NCBI RefSeq assembly: GCF_964204645.1
Contig: NC_134032.1
Span: 12,016,275 to 12,080,274 of the forward strand
Direction of reading: 5' to 3'
Source: Tubulanus polymorphus
Taxonomy: Eukaryota; Animalia; Nemertea
DNA: 64,000 nucleotides
Both the position numbers and the translations under genes were made by a program. The notes under the pieces were generated by a model. It did not search any database, had not been told where the DNA came from, and was given only the letters and a program-made list of their open reading frames with translations. Positions 1-12,400 of the stretch are shown in pieces. Numbering within the stretch: position 1 is the first letter of the stretch; each line of letters opens with the position of its first letter.

Positions 1-589
1 TGGTTGATAAAAACGCCATGTATAAATTATTCAATTATGGCCTACTCAGCAGCGACTTCTACCGAGAACACCATAGGCCTTTTTATGAACACTCGATTAG
101 TATATTCGAGTATGCAAAACGTTTTTATGAGCATGGATTATGTCATAATCCGTCATTTTTATGAACATTGGTTATCATAATCGATTAGCATACTCAGCAT
201 ACTCGCTCGGCGAGCAAGTATGCCGATTATCTAATCCAACCGATATGGTGTTCTCGGTAGAAGTCGCTGCTGAGTAGGCCATAATTGAATAATTTATACC
301 TGGCGTTTTTATCAACCAACATACCCGGTTATGCTAATTGACACTAATCGGCTATATAATCTAAATAGCTAATCTATTTCGATTTTGCTGGTTCATAAAA
401 AGGCCTCATATCGGTTGGATTAATTAGATAATCGGCATAGGCCTACTTGCTCGCCGAGCGAGTATGCTGAGTATGCTAATCGATTATGATAACCAATGTT
501 CATAAAAATGACGGATTATGACATAATCTATGCTCATAAAAACGTTTTGCATACTCGAATATACTAATCGAGTGTTCATAAAAAGGCCT
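1..589. mobile_element. Nested MITE pair: element 75-406 inserted into an inverted copy of itself (1-74 + 407-589)
   Basis: TIRs AGGCCTTTTTATGAAC (75-90) and GTTCATAAAAAGGCCT (391-406), flanked by CAT (72-74, 407-409). 1-75 is the reverse complement of ~245-319, and 407-589 is the reverse complement of ~75-247. Confidence 0.8.
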
Positions 590-1201
590 TTAATAAGGCC
601 ATATGAAATAGATTACTTGATTCCCAACAGCTACTTCCGAATTTATCAGCCGCCGCCAGTTTTTTTTTCTTAAATTCTAGAATAATTTATAAATTATACC
701 GACCGATAGCACTTCAGTTAAAGATTCACACCAACAGGTCTTCATATCATAGAAACCGCGTAAACATTTACTAATGGAATTAGCTTATTAGTCACAACTA
801 CGTTTAAATACAAGGACAGTTCATGCACTCCGAGATAACTAACTCACATCATGGCCACGAGGAAAGCGGTCTATTTGAGTCATTGGGGGAAAACCCTAAT
901 TTCTAAATGCCTATTTCTCAAAATTGAAGGAGTTTCGATCAAGCACCTTTTAATAGCTTTTTCAGTTTAAAAGGAGTCTTTTAGGAATCAAGGACATGGG
1001 GACCCTAAGGAATCAAGGAGTCATATGGGGACCCATAATTATTTTTATGTTGTTAGTAAAGGCGTCGCGCCCGCTGATACTGATCCTTAACAACAGCCAA
1101 TTCAATGTTTATCGGAACTCTATAGTGGATAAATAAACAACATCAACACAAAATATTTCTGTGATATTTTGAATTTATTTGCAGTTTAAATTTAGCGCCA
1201 T

Positions 1202-1230
1202 TCTCGCGAGATTGTCAACAACCCGGAAGT
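1202..1230. promoter_or_regulatory. Housekeeping-type promoter motifs (TCTCGCGAGA palindrome and ETS CCGGAAGT)
   Basis: Perfect TCTCGCGAGA at 1202-1211 and CCGGAAGT at 1223-1230. The transcript they serve is not identified. Confidence 0.4.
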
Positions 1231-1737
1231 AAAATCCAAGCCAGTTTACAAGACCTGTGCTGTGGACTGAATGAAATAAAAAGGGAATACGCATTTTCGG
1301 GCCCTTTGGCTTTGGCTTTGCTTTCCTGTCCAGGTTGTGAAGATATAAGGTTGAGACTCGAACACCGCGTAAACAACACCAACTCAATAACCAAAACCAA
1401 AAAAACTATGTTATTAATTTAAATTTCATACTTTATTTGATTTAGAAAGAGGCTTCGTGTGGATAACCCAATGTGGAAATGGAATTTAGCGCTGAAGCGC
1501 GGCCTTGGTTTATTGAACGGAACACTTCGGCAGTTTCCGCCAGAATAACCGAGTCCGAGGATCACGTTTTTCATAAAACACAAATAGTATGTCAAATTCC
1601 CATAATAATAAAATTTAATAGATATAATGATTTAGATTTCAGTTAAGGTTTATTTCGTAGAAAATTTTTTTCGGTTTTAAAATGGTTTTGGATATATTTA
1701 TTTACACTCAGCAGGGTGGTAGAGATTAACTGTTTCG

Positions 1738-1764
1738 GTACCCATAGCGACGGTTCCTAACAAC
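1738..1764 (+). promoter_or_regulatory. RFX X-box upstream of EFHC1
   Basis: GTACCCATAGCGAC (1738-1751) fits the X-box consensus RTHNYY-WT-RRNRAC and is followed by a second X-box-like site, GGTTCCTAACAAC. It lies ~100 bp upstream of the ATG of a ciliary gene. Confidence 0.6.
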
Positions 1765-1853
1765 TACCAGCACCACACTGTACTGCCGAATCCTGTTAGC
1801 ATAGCGCTCAAAAATATCGAATAAACAACTTTTCTCGACGAGGACACTCCGCG

Positions 1854-4800
1854 ATGGAAGGTTTACCTGTTTTACCCGGCAATAGTTTCAGAGATCCAAC
1901 GGTAAGTCTTCAGAAATTAAGTTTTTAGCAGATTCGATGAATCAAATTAAATCAAATTGAATTTTATTCCTTCTCTTTGACTGACTTCGTTCTTGTGATC
2001 TGTTCACTGATTGTTTTGACTCCCGCGTTCCACAAATGTAGTAATTTAATATGAATCTGGATCCTACCCCTTCCCCAGCCCAGGTAGGGCAGGAGGCCCT
2101 TGGTGTGGGTCGGTCAGTACTAACTAACTACATCATTCGCTGATGATGCACTGACACTGACTGTCGCTGTTTGTCTATGTAACAATGAATCTCGTCACTA
2201 CTATGCGCATGCGTGAAAGAATTGATTAAGGGTAAGATGATATAGAGGGGCTAGATGAAATAGATTTCATCAAACTTGCAGTTGCGTTCTGTGGCTCAGT
2301 GGGTAAAGCACTGGACCAGCGTTGGGCATAGATAGGACTATTTTTGGTAGTAGTCGAATGAAACACTCTAATCCGTGTACACTGTAGATAATCAATGAAG
2401 TCCCACAATTCAAATTTTATATGAAATGATTTATTAAAACGAAACCACAACATTTCGGCTGTCGGACTCCCGTAATCACAGCTATTTCACTCTGTTTACG
2501 GGCCCTGTAATTGAAGAGGCGGCCAAATTAATAAAGCCTGAATAACTTGTGCTTTGATTTGACCTGTTTGTACTTGTTGTGCGTATTGTTTTAGTTTCGC
2601 GAACTGTTACTTTCACAAGTCTTCGAAAGCCCGTCTAAACTAAGCTTACAATTAGGTTACCGGTACTAACTTATTCGGAATTGAATTTGCATTTTTCAGC
2701 AAACCAAATACCACCGATCTCAAACACTCGGATACAAGAATGGATATGCGTTGCCACGGTACCCGACAGTCGGAGTGGGCGGCGTCCCGCTACAGTATAA
2801 CCAAATCAGTCAACAGGAACTCGACGAATTAGCCAATTATCAACCGACTTTGACGTACGGACAGGCAAAACAAGCCCCGCCCGAGGATTTCGTACCCGCG
2901 CACGTCGCCTGGGATAAAAAGGTGCCGATTTCTCCTTTTCGATGTTTTAACTCTGAAATCGAATAAAGTCTAAAACAAGTTTTTTTTTCGTGATATTTCC
3001 TTTGATGTTTGCGTTGTCGCGATAATATGGAAGAAAGGAAAACAAGTCTGAACTTCTCCCCAGGGCCTGGTTCCATTGTTGTGAGTTAACTCAAGAGTTG
3101 AAATCTGGGTTCAGTTTCACAAAAAAAAATTAAACTCAAATTTTTGGTGTAATTGTTATGTTTTCAATGAGGACAACAATTCAAACTTAACCGTTTTAGG
3201 CTTGAACTTTTTCGTGAAACTGTCCCCGCGGGGCCGGTTGCGTAGTCATGGCTGGTCCCAGTTCATTTTCTATGTTTTGACTTTTTTACTCTTTGAGTCA
3301 AATTTGACTCAGAACTGTGGAACTGGATCCGGGACATTTTTATCTTTGAATGATTGATGTTTTTTTTTTTTGTAAAGGTTTTGATGTTCCACGGATATTT
3401 CAAGATGACCGTCCACGAATCGCCGGACGAATTTTATCGCGTTCGACCCGTGAAAATTTATTACTATCTCGAAGACGACAGCATCGCCGTCATCGAACCA
3501 AACGTCGAAAACAGCGGCATGCCACAAGGTGATAATAATTTAATCGAGTTTATGTATATTTCAAACGTAACATCTTATTTGCGAGACTTAAGATGAAATC
3601 AGTCACTTTCGAAGTTGTGATTGCTGGTGCCTCCTCTACTGGGACCAAGAATTTTTTCACGATTTATTTTGACCAAATCTGGTATTGGACCCAGTATTAT
3701 TTTTAAAGTTCGCTTGGCCAAAAACATTTCTCAGATTTTTGAATTTGATAAATGCCGAGTGAACTGGGCTTTTCTCCAATACTCAGTTTGTTTCTATACC
3801 ATGTGCATAAAACATTACATAAGAATATGAATGATTATGTAAGTAATATACTTTTTTATTATTTGGTTGGTAAATTTTGTTTGATTTTCTGATTGAGTGT
3901 CCCTTACAAACCCACCACACCTGCCGGGAGCGAAACAGGGGGTTTGATTTTGAAATCGGAAATCGAAGTACAGATATAGTTGTGTGATCGACCGGTCGAG
4001 TTTACATATTTTTTTGTTTAAATTACTTTTTTTAATGTACCAACTGGACAACTATTTCAATTATCATTTTTTTCTTTTTAATTTTCTCAAAGGTAAACTG
4101 ATAAAACGTCAGAGGCTGCCAAAGAACGATCAGGGAGATCACTGGCACTGGAAAGACATCAACTTACAGCAGAACGTTACGTTTTATGGCAAGATTTTCA
4201 GAGTAACAAACTGCGACCAGTTCACCCGCGTAAGTTCATTTTCAACACCAGGGGCCAGTTGCACAGTCGTGACTTAAGTCCAAAAGTGGTCTTAAATCTT
4301 AAGACTGGTCGTAAGTTGTAAGATTGGCTATAGAGCTAAGTTGGTCTTAGACTGGTCTTAAGTCTAAGCCATGACTATGCAACTGGCCCCATATGCTTTG
4401 AAGCTCTCATAATGTATCCACTAGCTGTGTTAAAATTTGAAGTTGTATCTCAATCTATCCGGATTGTGATCAGTTACTGCTCATGTTATTTTACCAGTTT
4501 CACAAAAAGGATTAAGGCCTAAATCGATTAAAGATAAAGTGAATTAATGAAGAAATTAAATCGATTGAGTCAAATCGTTTTGTGAAACTGGGCCCTGACA
4601 TGAAAAAATGTGAAATACTTGCAGTTCTTCTATCTGACCCCTGCTAAGTTATCAGTTTTAAAACTTTGCCTCTATCATAGAAAATTTATTGCGTATCAAT
4701 TGCTTAGACCCGATGATAATCAGATTTTAGCTATCAGGATTTCGTTCTTGGAATTTTCTAGGATTTCCTGGAAGCGGAGGGCATCATCGTGAACGACCCG

Positions 4801-7800
4801 GAGTCGGAGCCCACCGATCCGTACGACAGCAAACGTAAAGACGACGCCGAATTGAAGACGTTCACGACGAAAACAAGTTTCGATAAATTGAAACAGTTCA
4901 TCGAATTGGATCGAAAAGTTTTACGATTTTTCTGTCTGTGGGACGATCGAGAAAGCATGTTCGGAGAAATGAGACCTTTCATATTACACGTAAGTTGTTG
5001 CTGTACCACCAGATGGCGTAAATGATAGTTGACAGGATACTCACTCGCCACGAATAAAATCCTCCATTGCCCTAGTAGTGATATCGTTTTGTACACTAGC
5101 ACACCTGGTGGATCTTCACGTGCCACAAATAGAATCCTCTATTGCCCCAGTAGTGATAAGATAAGAGGTTATTACTCTCCAACCATTTCCATGGTACGTG
5201 GAGGAAAAAAATTATTTTGTTTGCGAATATTTACATATCGAGAGAAAAATAAAAAGATTTTAAAAACTTAACGAGGTTATTTACTGTATATACAAATACA
5301 GTGTACTATTTACAATTGACAGACTACAGGAGAGATCTATATACATCGAAACTATCTTTGATAAATTGTGCTAATAGTGATATGCTGCACACTAGCGCAC
5401 CTGGTGGATCCTCACCCGCCACAAGTGGAATCCTCTATTGCCGCAGTAATTAATATCCTAATGTACCTGGTGGATCCTCACTTGTGGAATCCGGAAAAGA
5501 TGAAATCTTATTTGAACCCTCTTTCTCTTTGTTTCAGTACTACCTGGTCGACGACACTCTCGAGATCCGAGACGTCCACGAACCGAACGACGGCCGCGAT
5601 CCGTTCCCCGTGCTCATTACGAGACACAAAGTTCCGAAAGATCGTTACAACGTCGATTCGTCGTTCCCGGGAATCGTCATGGAGTTGACCGATCACGAAA
5701 TCAAAGAGCAATATTTCACGCCGAAAGATTTCATGGTCGGCGTAACGTTCAATTTGTACGGCAGACGGTTCCTGATTTACGATTGCGACAAATTCACGAA
5801 GGCGTTTTATTACCATAATTTCAACATTACCGATTTCCCGACGGTCGAAGTGAAGGGACTCGCAAAAGAACTGCCCAAAATGGTAAGTTAAAGATTATCA
5901 TAGAGCATAGGGAATGGGTCAATCTTGTAGGAAATAGCTTATGTTTCTGGAAATAGCTAGGAATGGGTTAATGTTCCAGGAAATAGCTAGGAGGCAGTCA
6001 ATATTGAAAGGATAGCTAGGAATAGTGTGGGTCAATGTTGTAGGGAATAGCTTGGAGGGGTTTGGCGTTACATGATTTGAAAAGCCGAGATATATCTGAA
6101 AATGTAGATTCTTGAGATCCCAGAACAACAATCAAATAATAGAAAACTAAAATGAAATTAAAGTACTTTTTTATGAAAGCCAGTGCCCAGTTTCACAGGA
6201 AAGTTCATCTCAAAGTTTTGGTGTGATTGCCATTGGTTACTTCATCTCTTCAATGACGAGAACAATTATTCAAACTTAACCGTTTTAGGCTTAACACTTT
6301 TTCGTGAAACTGGGCCCAGGGCATAGTTTAGAAAGGTTTTTTGCTATTCCCCAGTGAAATTTTATTCTTTTCCTAAGACTTCCAAAAAAAACATTCTCTT
6401 TTTATCTCGAAAGGAAATTTCACAGTACAACGGCTACGGGTCGATGGAAGATTCAATGCAGTCGTGTTTATCATTGGTGCCTCAACCACCGAAAAAAGAT
6501 TTCATAAAATCCCTCGAAAATGACCACAAAATTCTGCGCTTCGAAGCGATAATGGTGCGTATATGAAACATTCAAAACAAGTTGTTAGAGATGTTCGAGT
6601 AATCGAAGCATTTTTTGAAATAAAAAAAAAAATTCTTTAATTTTAGGATTCGATTAAACCGGATCACAAGGGCAGACGGTTTATCATATCGTATCATCTA
6701 GCCGACGATATGTTAGGTATTTACGAACCGCCGGTGCGAAACTCAGGAATAATCGGCGGTAAATTCCTCGAGAAAACTCGCGTGGCGAAACGTGGCAGCA
6801 CACCGGAAAATCCGTGTTTCTACGGACCAGACGATTTCAAAATAGGAGCGTCGATCGATGTATTCCAACACAGGTATGTCGAGAATTCGAACAAGCCGAA
6901 AAAGTCCTTCTTAGTACTTCTTTTTACCCTGGCCTTACCACTGGAAACCCTTAGGGGTTAATATGAAGTTTGGAAGTTTCAATGAAAGTTTTATATTTAC
7001 AGATTCACGATAACTGACGCTGACGAATATGTATTAACGTATATGTTAGAACATTCGAACCAGTTCTCGCCGGATACAATAAGGTAGGCGCTTTATTTCG
7101 AGTCAAAATCGTGATAAATAGGAGATATGGACATCGAGATAGGATAGATAGACGAGAGGGTGGGTGGTGTAGTAAGAAGGAGAGTGGTGGAGAAAAGAGG
7201 AATGGGAAAGTATCACAGAACAGGAAAATAAGTGGAGGGGAGCGGGGGGGAGATAAGTGAGAAAGTGCATGAGAGAGAGCTTCTCGGTGAGACTGGGGAA
7301 TAACAACTGACGTGATAGACTTAAGGGTAAAGTTAATCTGATTTTATACACAGGTCACTGCAAGAAAAACACAACAGACCAACTGAGGGTAAAGAGCCTA
7401 AGAAAGGAGGACCGATGAAAGTCACTCGACAGTAAGTTTTAAAAATACTTCATATCCCCTTCATGTCCCAAATATGGGAATTAGTTGAAACATGGTCCCT
7501 GTAGTATGGTGGTACGTTCACTTTTAACAAAGGTCCATTTTCATTTAGAAAAATTACCCATGAAATATGAAGGAAAAGATTGGGAAAGTTTAGCTTTCGT
7601 GGGAACAATGTTTTTAATAAACAGATCATTTCGCAATGTTGAAATATATGCAATGATGATTTGTTTTTTCAGAGAAGGAGATTTAGGACGGTTAGTCGCC
7701 GAAGTGAAGAGTCAACTGAAGAAAATGGCCATTACGGATAAAAGTCGATTCGACGAGATGTTCTTACGATATAACTCCGACCGAATGGGTTTCATCGATC

Positions 7801-8452
7801 GCGAACATTTAAAAGATATGTGTCAACAATTACAACTACCCGGAGATTCAGACGTCCTCGACGTGGTGAGTTAAAATTCAGATACCACCTCCACCTCCCC
7901 ACACTTCGGTACCTGATATCTTTATTAATTGTAGTAGTTTGCACCAAGATTAAAGGGTAATTAATTAGGCATTGAAAATGGTGGTTTGATAGAAAATGAA
8001 CTAGAAATCATTCTATTTATGAGAGTATTTGGATATTTTTGGTAGTAGTTGAGCAATTAAAGAATAGAAACTACTCTGAAATAATAGTCGTAGTCAGATA
8101 TGCCTTGAAAAAACAACATTTTATGAATCCAAAGCTCATACCTAACATAATCTCTTTTATACCCATGTACCGGAATATGAAAGACCTACAATTCAAGATT
8201 AAAACCGAGGAATTCATTAGATTGACATTTTGCTAGAGTGCTTCTACCCATTTCACACCAGAAGTTGTTTCTTGCTGAAAAGATGGCTACATCCATAAAT
8301 CACCTTATGAGATCGTCGAAATTGATGCATTAGTTCATTCATATGCCTACATCCATAAATCCCAAGTTTTATCTTTTTTTCAGATAATTGCCGAAGCGGG
8401 AAGCAATGGACAAATGAATCTCGAACAATTCCGAAAATTCTTCGAAGGATAA
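1854..8452 (+). CDS. EFHC1: EF-hand domain-containing protein 1 (Rib72/myoclonin; three DM10 domains plus C-terminal EF-hand region), multi-exon
   Basis: Exon 1 [16 protein letters not shown]|gtaagt. Later exons: [14 protein letters not shown]...[20 protein letters not shown]...[91 protein letters not shown]. Last exon [22 protein letters not shown] (TAA 8450-8452). GT-AG introns. Confidence 0.95.
4251..4390. mobile_element. MITE family A (TIR GGGGCCAGTTGCA); related copies ~9859-9980, ~14176-14290 and a fragment ~3230
   Basis: GGGGCCAGTTGCACAGTCGTG ... CATGACTATGCAACTGGCCCC. Internal AAGACCAGTCTT repeats are shared among copies. Confidence 0.8.
4494..4595. mobile_element. MITE family B (TIR GGGCCCAGTTTCAC); copies ~3110-3226, 6185-6317, 10038-10152
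   Basis: CCAGTTTCACAAAAA ... TTTTGTGAAACTGGGCCC. The internal sequence is shared between 4494 and 10038, and between 3110 and 6185. Confidence 0.75.
5908..6060 (+). repeat. ~29-bp intronic minisatellite
   Basis: About five degenerate units of GGAATGGGTCAATGTTGTAGGAAATAGCT. Confidence 0.6.
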
Positions 8453-9415
8453 AATTCCGACCGCGAAACAATTCCTGCCGAATTCAACTTGTGATAAATT
8501 CATTTTTCAATAAATATACGCTTAAACGTCGACGCCACCTATTATCGAATATATAAACTATCCGTCCATCTGGTGTTTTTCACGAGAAATTCGAATTTGT
8601 TAGAAAAAGAGCATGTCACTTTTAAGAACTCTGCCCCCTATGCTACACGCCCTGTGACCTCCTATAGAGTAAGTTGAATATTTCATGTTAAAAATAAGAG
8701 CTGTGATGGTTTAAGTTGATTTTATTTATTATTATTACTTTTATTATTATCCTTATTATGTGTAAATATAGATGTATTTGAAACGTGAATTCTTTATTCA
8801 TTTGCCGATGAAATGGAAAAATCAGTAATAATAAAATTCAGTTATTTACCGAATTTTGAGTTTGTTACATTTTTTTTCTCAATCGGACTTCGGATTCATC
8901 TTTCAATCGAGCATTCTCTCGTGGACTGGCCGGCTAAGATGACCAACTAGTACTCAAACATTTGTTTGTTCTTTATCTTTCATCTGTGAATCACGTATTT
9001 TCTTCTGGTGGACAAGCCTGCCAAGATGACCAACTGGCGACCTTTTCAGGGCCTCTGATGACCTATAGGACATGCTCACTAGGCTTGAAGTTGGAATACT
9101 CAGATAAAGGCTCCTAGAATATCCAGGAACACCAGACCCAATTTCCCGGCCAAAGAAAACTCAAATTTCAGATATGCCTCAGTTGAAACCAGAACTGCAT
9201 AGATTCTTAAAACATGAAATTCTTGATAATTCCTCATCCATCATTCCAAGAACGAAAACTTTGAAAATTGACATATTTCTTAGAAAAAGTTGACTAGCTT
9301 TTATTCAAAAGATTCAACGATTGTACGAAAACAAACGATGATAAACATCTGGAATTTCTTAAAATACGATATAAAAAATTATCTGTCGTCCCTAAATTTT
9401 CGTGAATGTCGTCTG

Positions 9416-12400
9416 CTACCTGGTCGACGTCGTCTGCCCGGATTTCAAATGTTGTTTACGTCGTTTAACGACTCTCATTATTGATTCGCTGACGGCAGAC
9501 GGCATTTTGTAAATCATGCGGTGGTCAGCGCCGTTTATAACGAAATGTTTCGATTGAGGCAGAAGTTTCGATATGAGAGTTTGTTGAGCTTTGGCCCACG
9601 CCTGAAAATAACATCAATCGTTCGTTACTAAGAATGTAGATTTCGCTAAACACACCGGATCAGGATACCTTCACAAAACGGGTTAACTCTCAAATCAACT
9701 TAATTTGTTAATTCAGTTTATCTTTAAAATTGTTGAAGGCGTTCATCACTTTCGTTGATCTGGACTCGGGGTCATTTTATCATACAAACTGGTTTCTGGT
9801 AGACCAGTTTTGACATAAACCCACAGGGCTGGCTAAATAGAGCAGTAACTTCAATCCCAGGGGTCTGTTCCATAGGCAGGAATAAAGACCAGTCTTAGAC
9901 CATGTTAGTTCTATAGCAAATCTTACGACTAAAACCAGTCTTATGATTTAAGACAACTTATGGACTTAAGTCTCAACTCCGGGTACAAAACCGGCTTAAA
10001 GGAGTTGGTTTTTAGACCAGTTTTAACATTAACCCCAGGGTCCAGTTTCACAAACAAGATTAATATGAAGGCCTAAATCGATTTAAGATAAACTGAATAA
10101 ACGAAGAAATTAAACCGATTTAGGAGTTAAACCTTTTTGTGAAACTGGGCCCAGGGCTGGTTTTATAGAAAACCAACCAAATGTCTACATATATTTTCAC
10201 TGTACCTTGTTAAGCGTACTGGGCAATTGTTCGTCGTAATAATTCCCGGTTATCACCGTAACTGATATTCTACTTTGAAACTGTTTTAACCTCCACGCAG
10301 TCCTAAAATACGAATGAACAAACATTTTTTAAAACTTGACCTTCATCATATTGTAATAACCGGCGGTATTGTGTGTTTGGGATATTTTGAATATACCTGA
10401 TTTGTGAAAATGTTTCGTTAACGAAATAATGTTCATCGACGACGGAACTTAAATGACGCGGGTTACACATTAGATGTTTCTGAAAAATGAAGAAATTTCG
10501 GTTCATGCAAAAAAGACCTGACCTCGTTTTGGCTCAACTGGTTTTATATCCTTCTGCACACAAGCAAAATCTAGTGGATCCTCACTTGCCAAAAGCGGAA
10601 TCTTCTATTGCCGAAGTAGTTGATGCCCCTGCACACTAGCACACACCTAGTGGATCATCACTTGCCACAAGTGGAATCCTTTATTGCTGCAGTAGTTGAT
10701 GCCCTACTGCACACTAGCGACACCTAGTGGATCATCACTTGCCACAAGTGGAATCCTTTATTGCCGCAGTGGTTGATGCCCTACTGCACAATAGAATCCT
10801 ATTTCATACTCTCCATTTTTCAAGTAGGCCTACCTGTCTCATGATGATTTCCTCTGGAATATTTTCACCTATAATCGGTTGACTGATCATCCCGACCATG
10901 AATGCTAAACGTGATATCCCAGCAGCGGCCGCTAACTGCAACCCCTGAAATGAGGGGATCAAATGACCAAACCTGAAAAATGTAGCATCCAACAATAATT
11001 TTGATATCAACCGTCACAGCACCACATTTAGATAAAATGCCAGAAAAGATTTGTCAATGACTTGGCCATCGTGAGGACGAGACCTTGACGTAAACTCACC
11101 AAAATTGTGTCCATATGCCTGAATCTTGCTGAAATAAATCTTCCACTAATGGATCAACTAATATCAGATCCGACACTTCTCTGAAAATGAGATTAAGATT
11201 TTTTTTTTAAACACGTCCAACCCAAATTCTATGATTTCAAAATTTCAATTCATCTAAACATCAGATTAAGATACAAATTATGAATGCAATACTCACCGTT
11301 CGTAGATTTGGGCGTAGAATCGGGAGACTAACGCGCCCAGTTCCGATCCGACTAAAACAAACGGCTCAGTTTGATTTGAACTGTTCGTTAACAACACGTG
11401 TAAATCATCGACCATCCTAGGAAAAAAAAACAACACAATAAACACCTCTCCTACACTAGCACACCTGGTGGATCCTCACTTGCCACAAGTGGAATCCTTA
11501 CGTCCTTTAGTAGATTAGAAGGTTCCCAACTGAATTCCATTCATTCATGGAAAGCGAGTTTAAAAGGTAAATTTCGAAATCTCTTACCGTTCGACGGTAA
11601 ATATAGCCCAGCGTTCACGTCCGCGTTTTTCAATCTCGTCTTCATCATCATTCACTTCCTCGTAATTTTCATCTTCGTCGTCAGAACGAGTTTTCTTTTT
11701 GGAATAATTTTGGAACGGACGATCGCTGAATCCGAGACCAGCTCGATCGTAAATACAAGTCTAAAACAAACCGATCGATGTTCATTTTCAATTCTCGAAA
11801 TGTCTCTAGTAGGAATGATCATCAGAAATTGACAGAATGACGATATTAGGCTACGGATGATATTATCGAAGTTATGCAGATATCAATCTGCAGCCAGGAA
11901 ACAAACTCTCAAGCCATACACAAATGCACCCCTTCAGACATTCATCGTTGTATTGAGAAGTCTCGATGATCAGTTTTTTCAAAGTGCGCTGATGAAATGT
12001 CTAATACTGGTATTCACTTCATATAGCTCATTTTCGATCAAAAATGTTTCGGACATCAAGGATATAGTCTGGATGACCAAAAATTGGGTGACTGGTGAAA
12101 ATGTATCTAATGTCTGATAGTGGGTCTAGGCAGCAGAAACTACCTGTATTAGTCCGGCCATAAGGTCAAGCCTAGTCTAATACCTAGCCGTCATTCTAGA
12201 GTTGTAGGAAACCGTAACAACGACTGGTATTCAGACTAGGTCAAGCCCATTTTTGGACCTAATAAGTCACAATCAATTTGTTACCTTCGTTATTTTAGCC
12301 ACTTGTTCCTGTATCAAAACCCACACGTCCGAAGTCATTCCGGTCGGAGCATCCAGAATAACTGAAATGATCGTGATTCAACCGTTTTCGATAGTTGAAC

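Noticed and set aside
2140-2165. TGATGA...CTGA C/D-like boxes in EFHC1 intron 1
   Set aside because: The boxes are under 20 nt apart, leaving no room for a guide.
10550-10805. Regularly spaced repeats resembling a CRISPR array
   Set aside because: Whole ~77-bp units repeat with no unique spacers, there are no cas genes, and the context is a eukaryotic intron.
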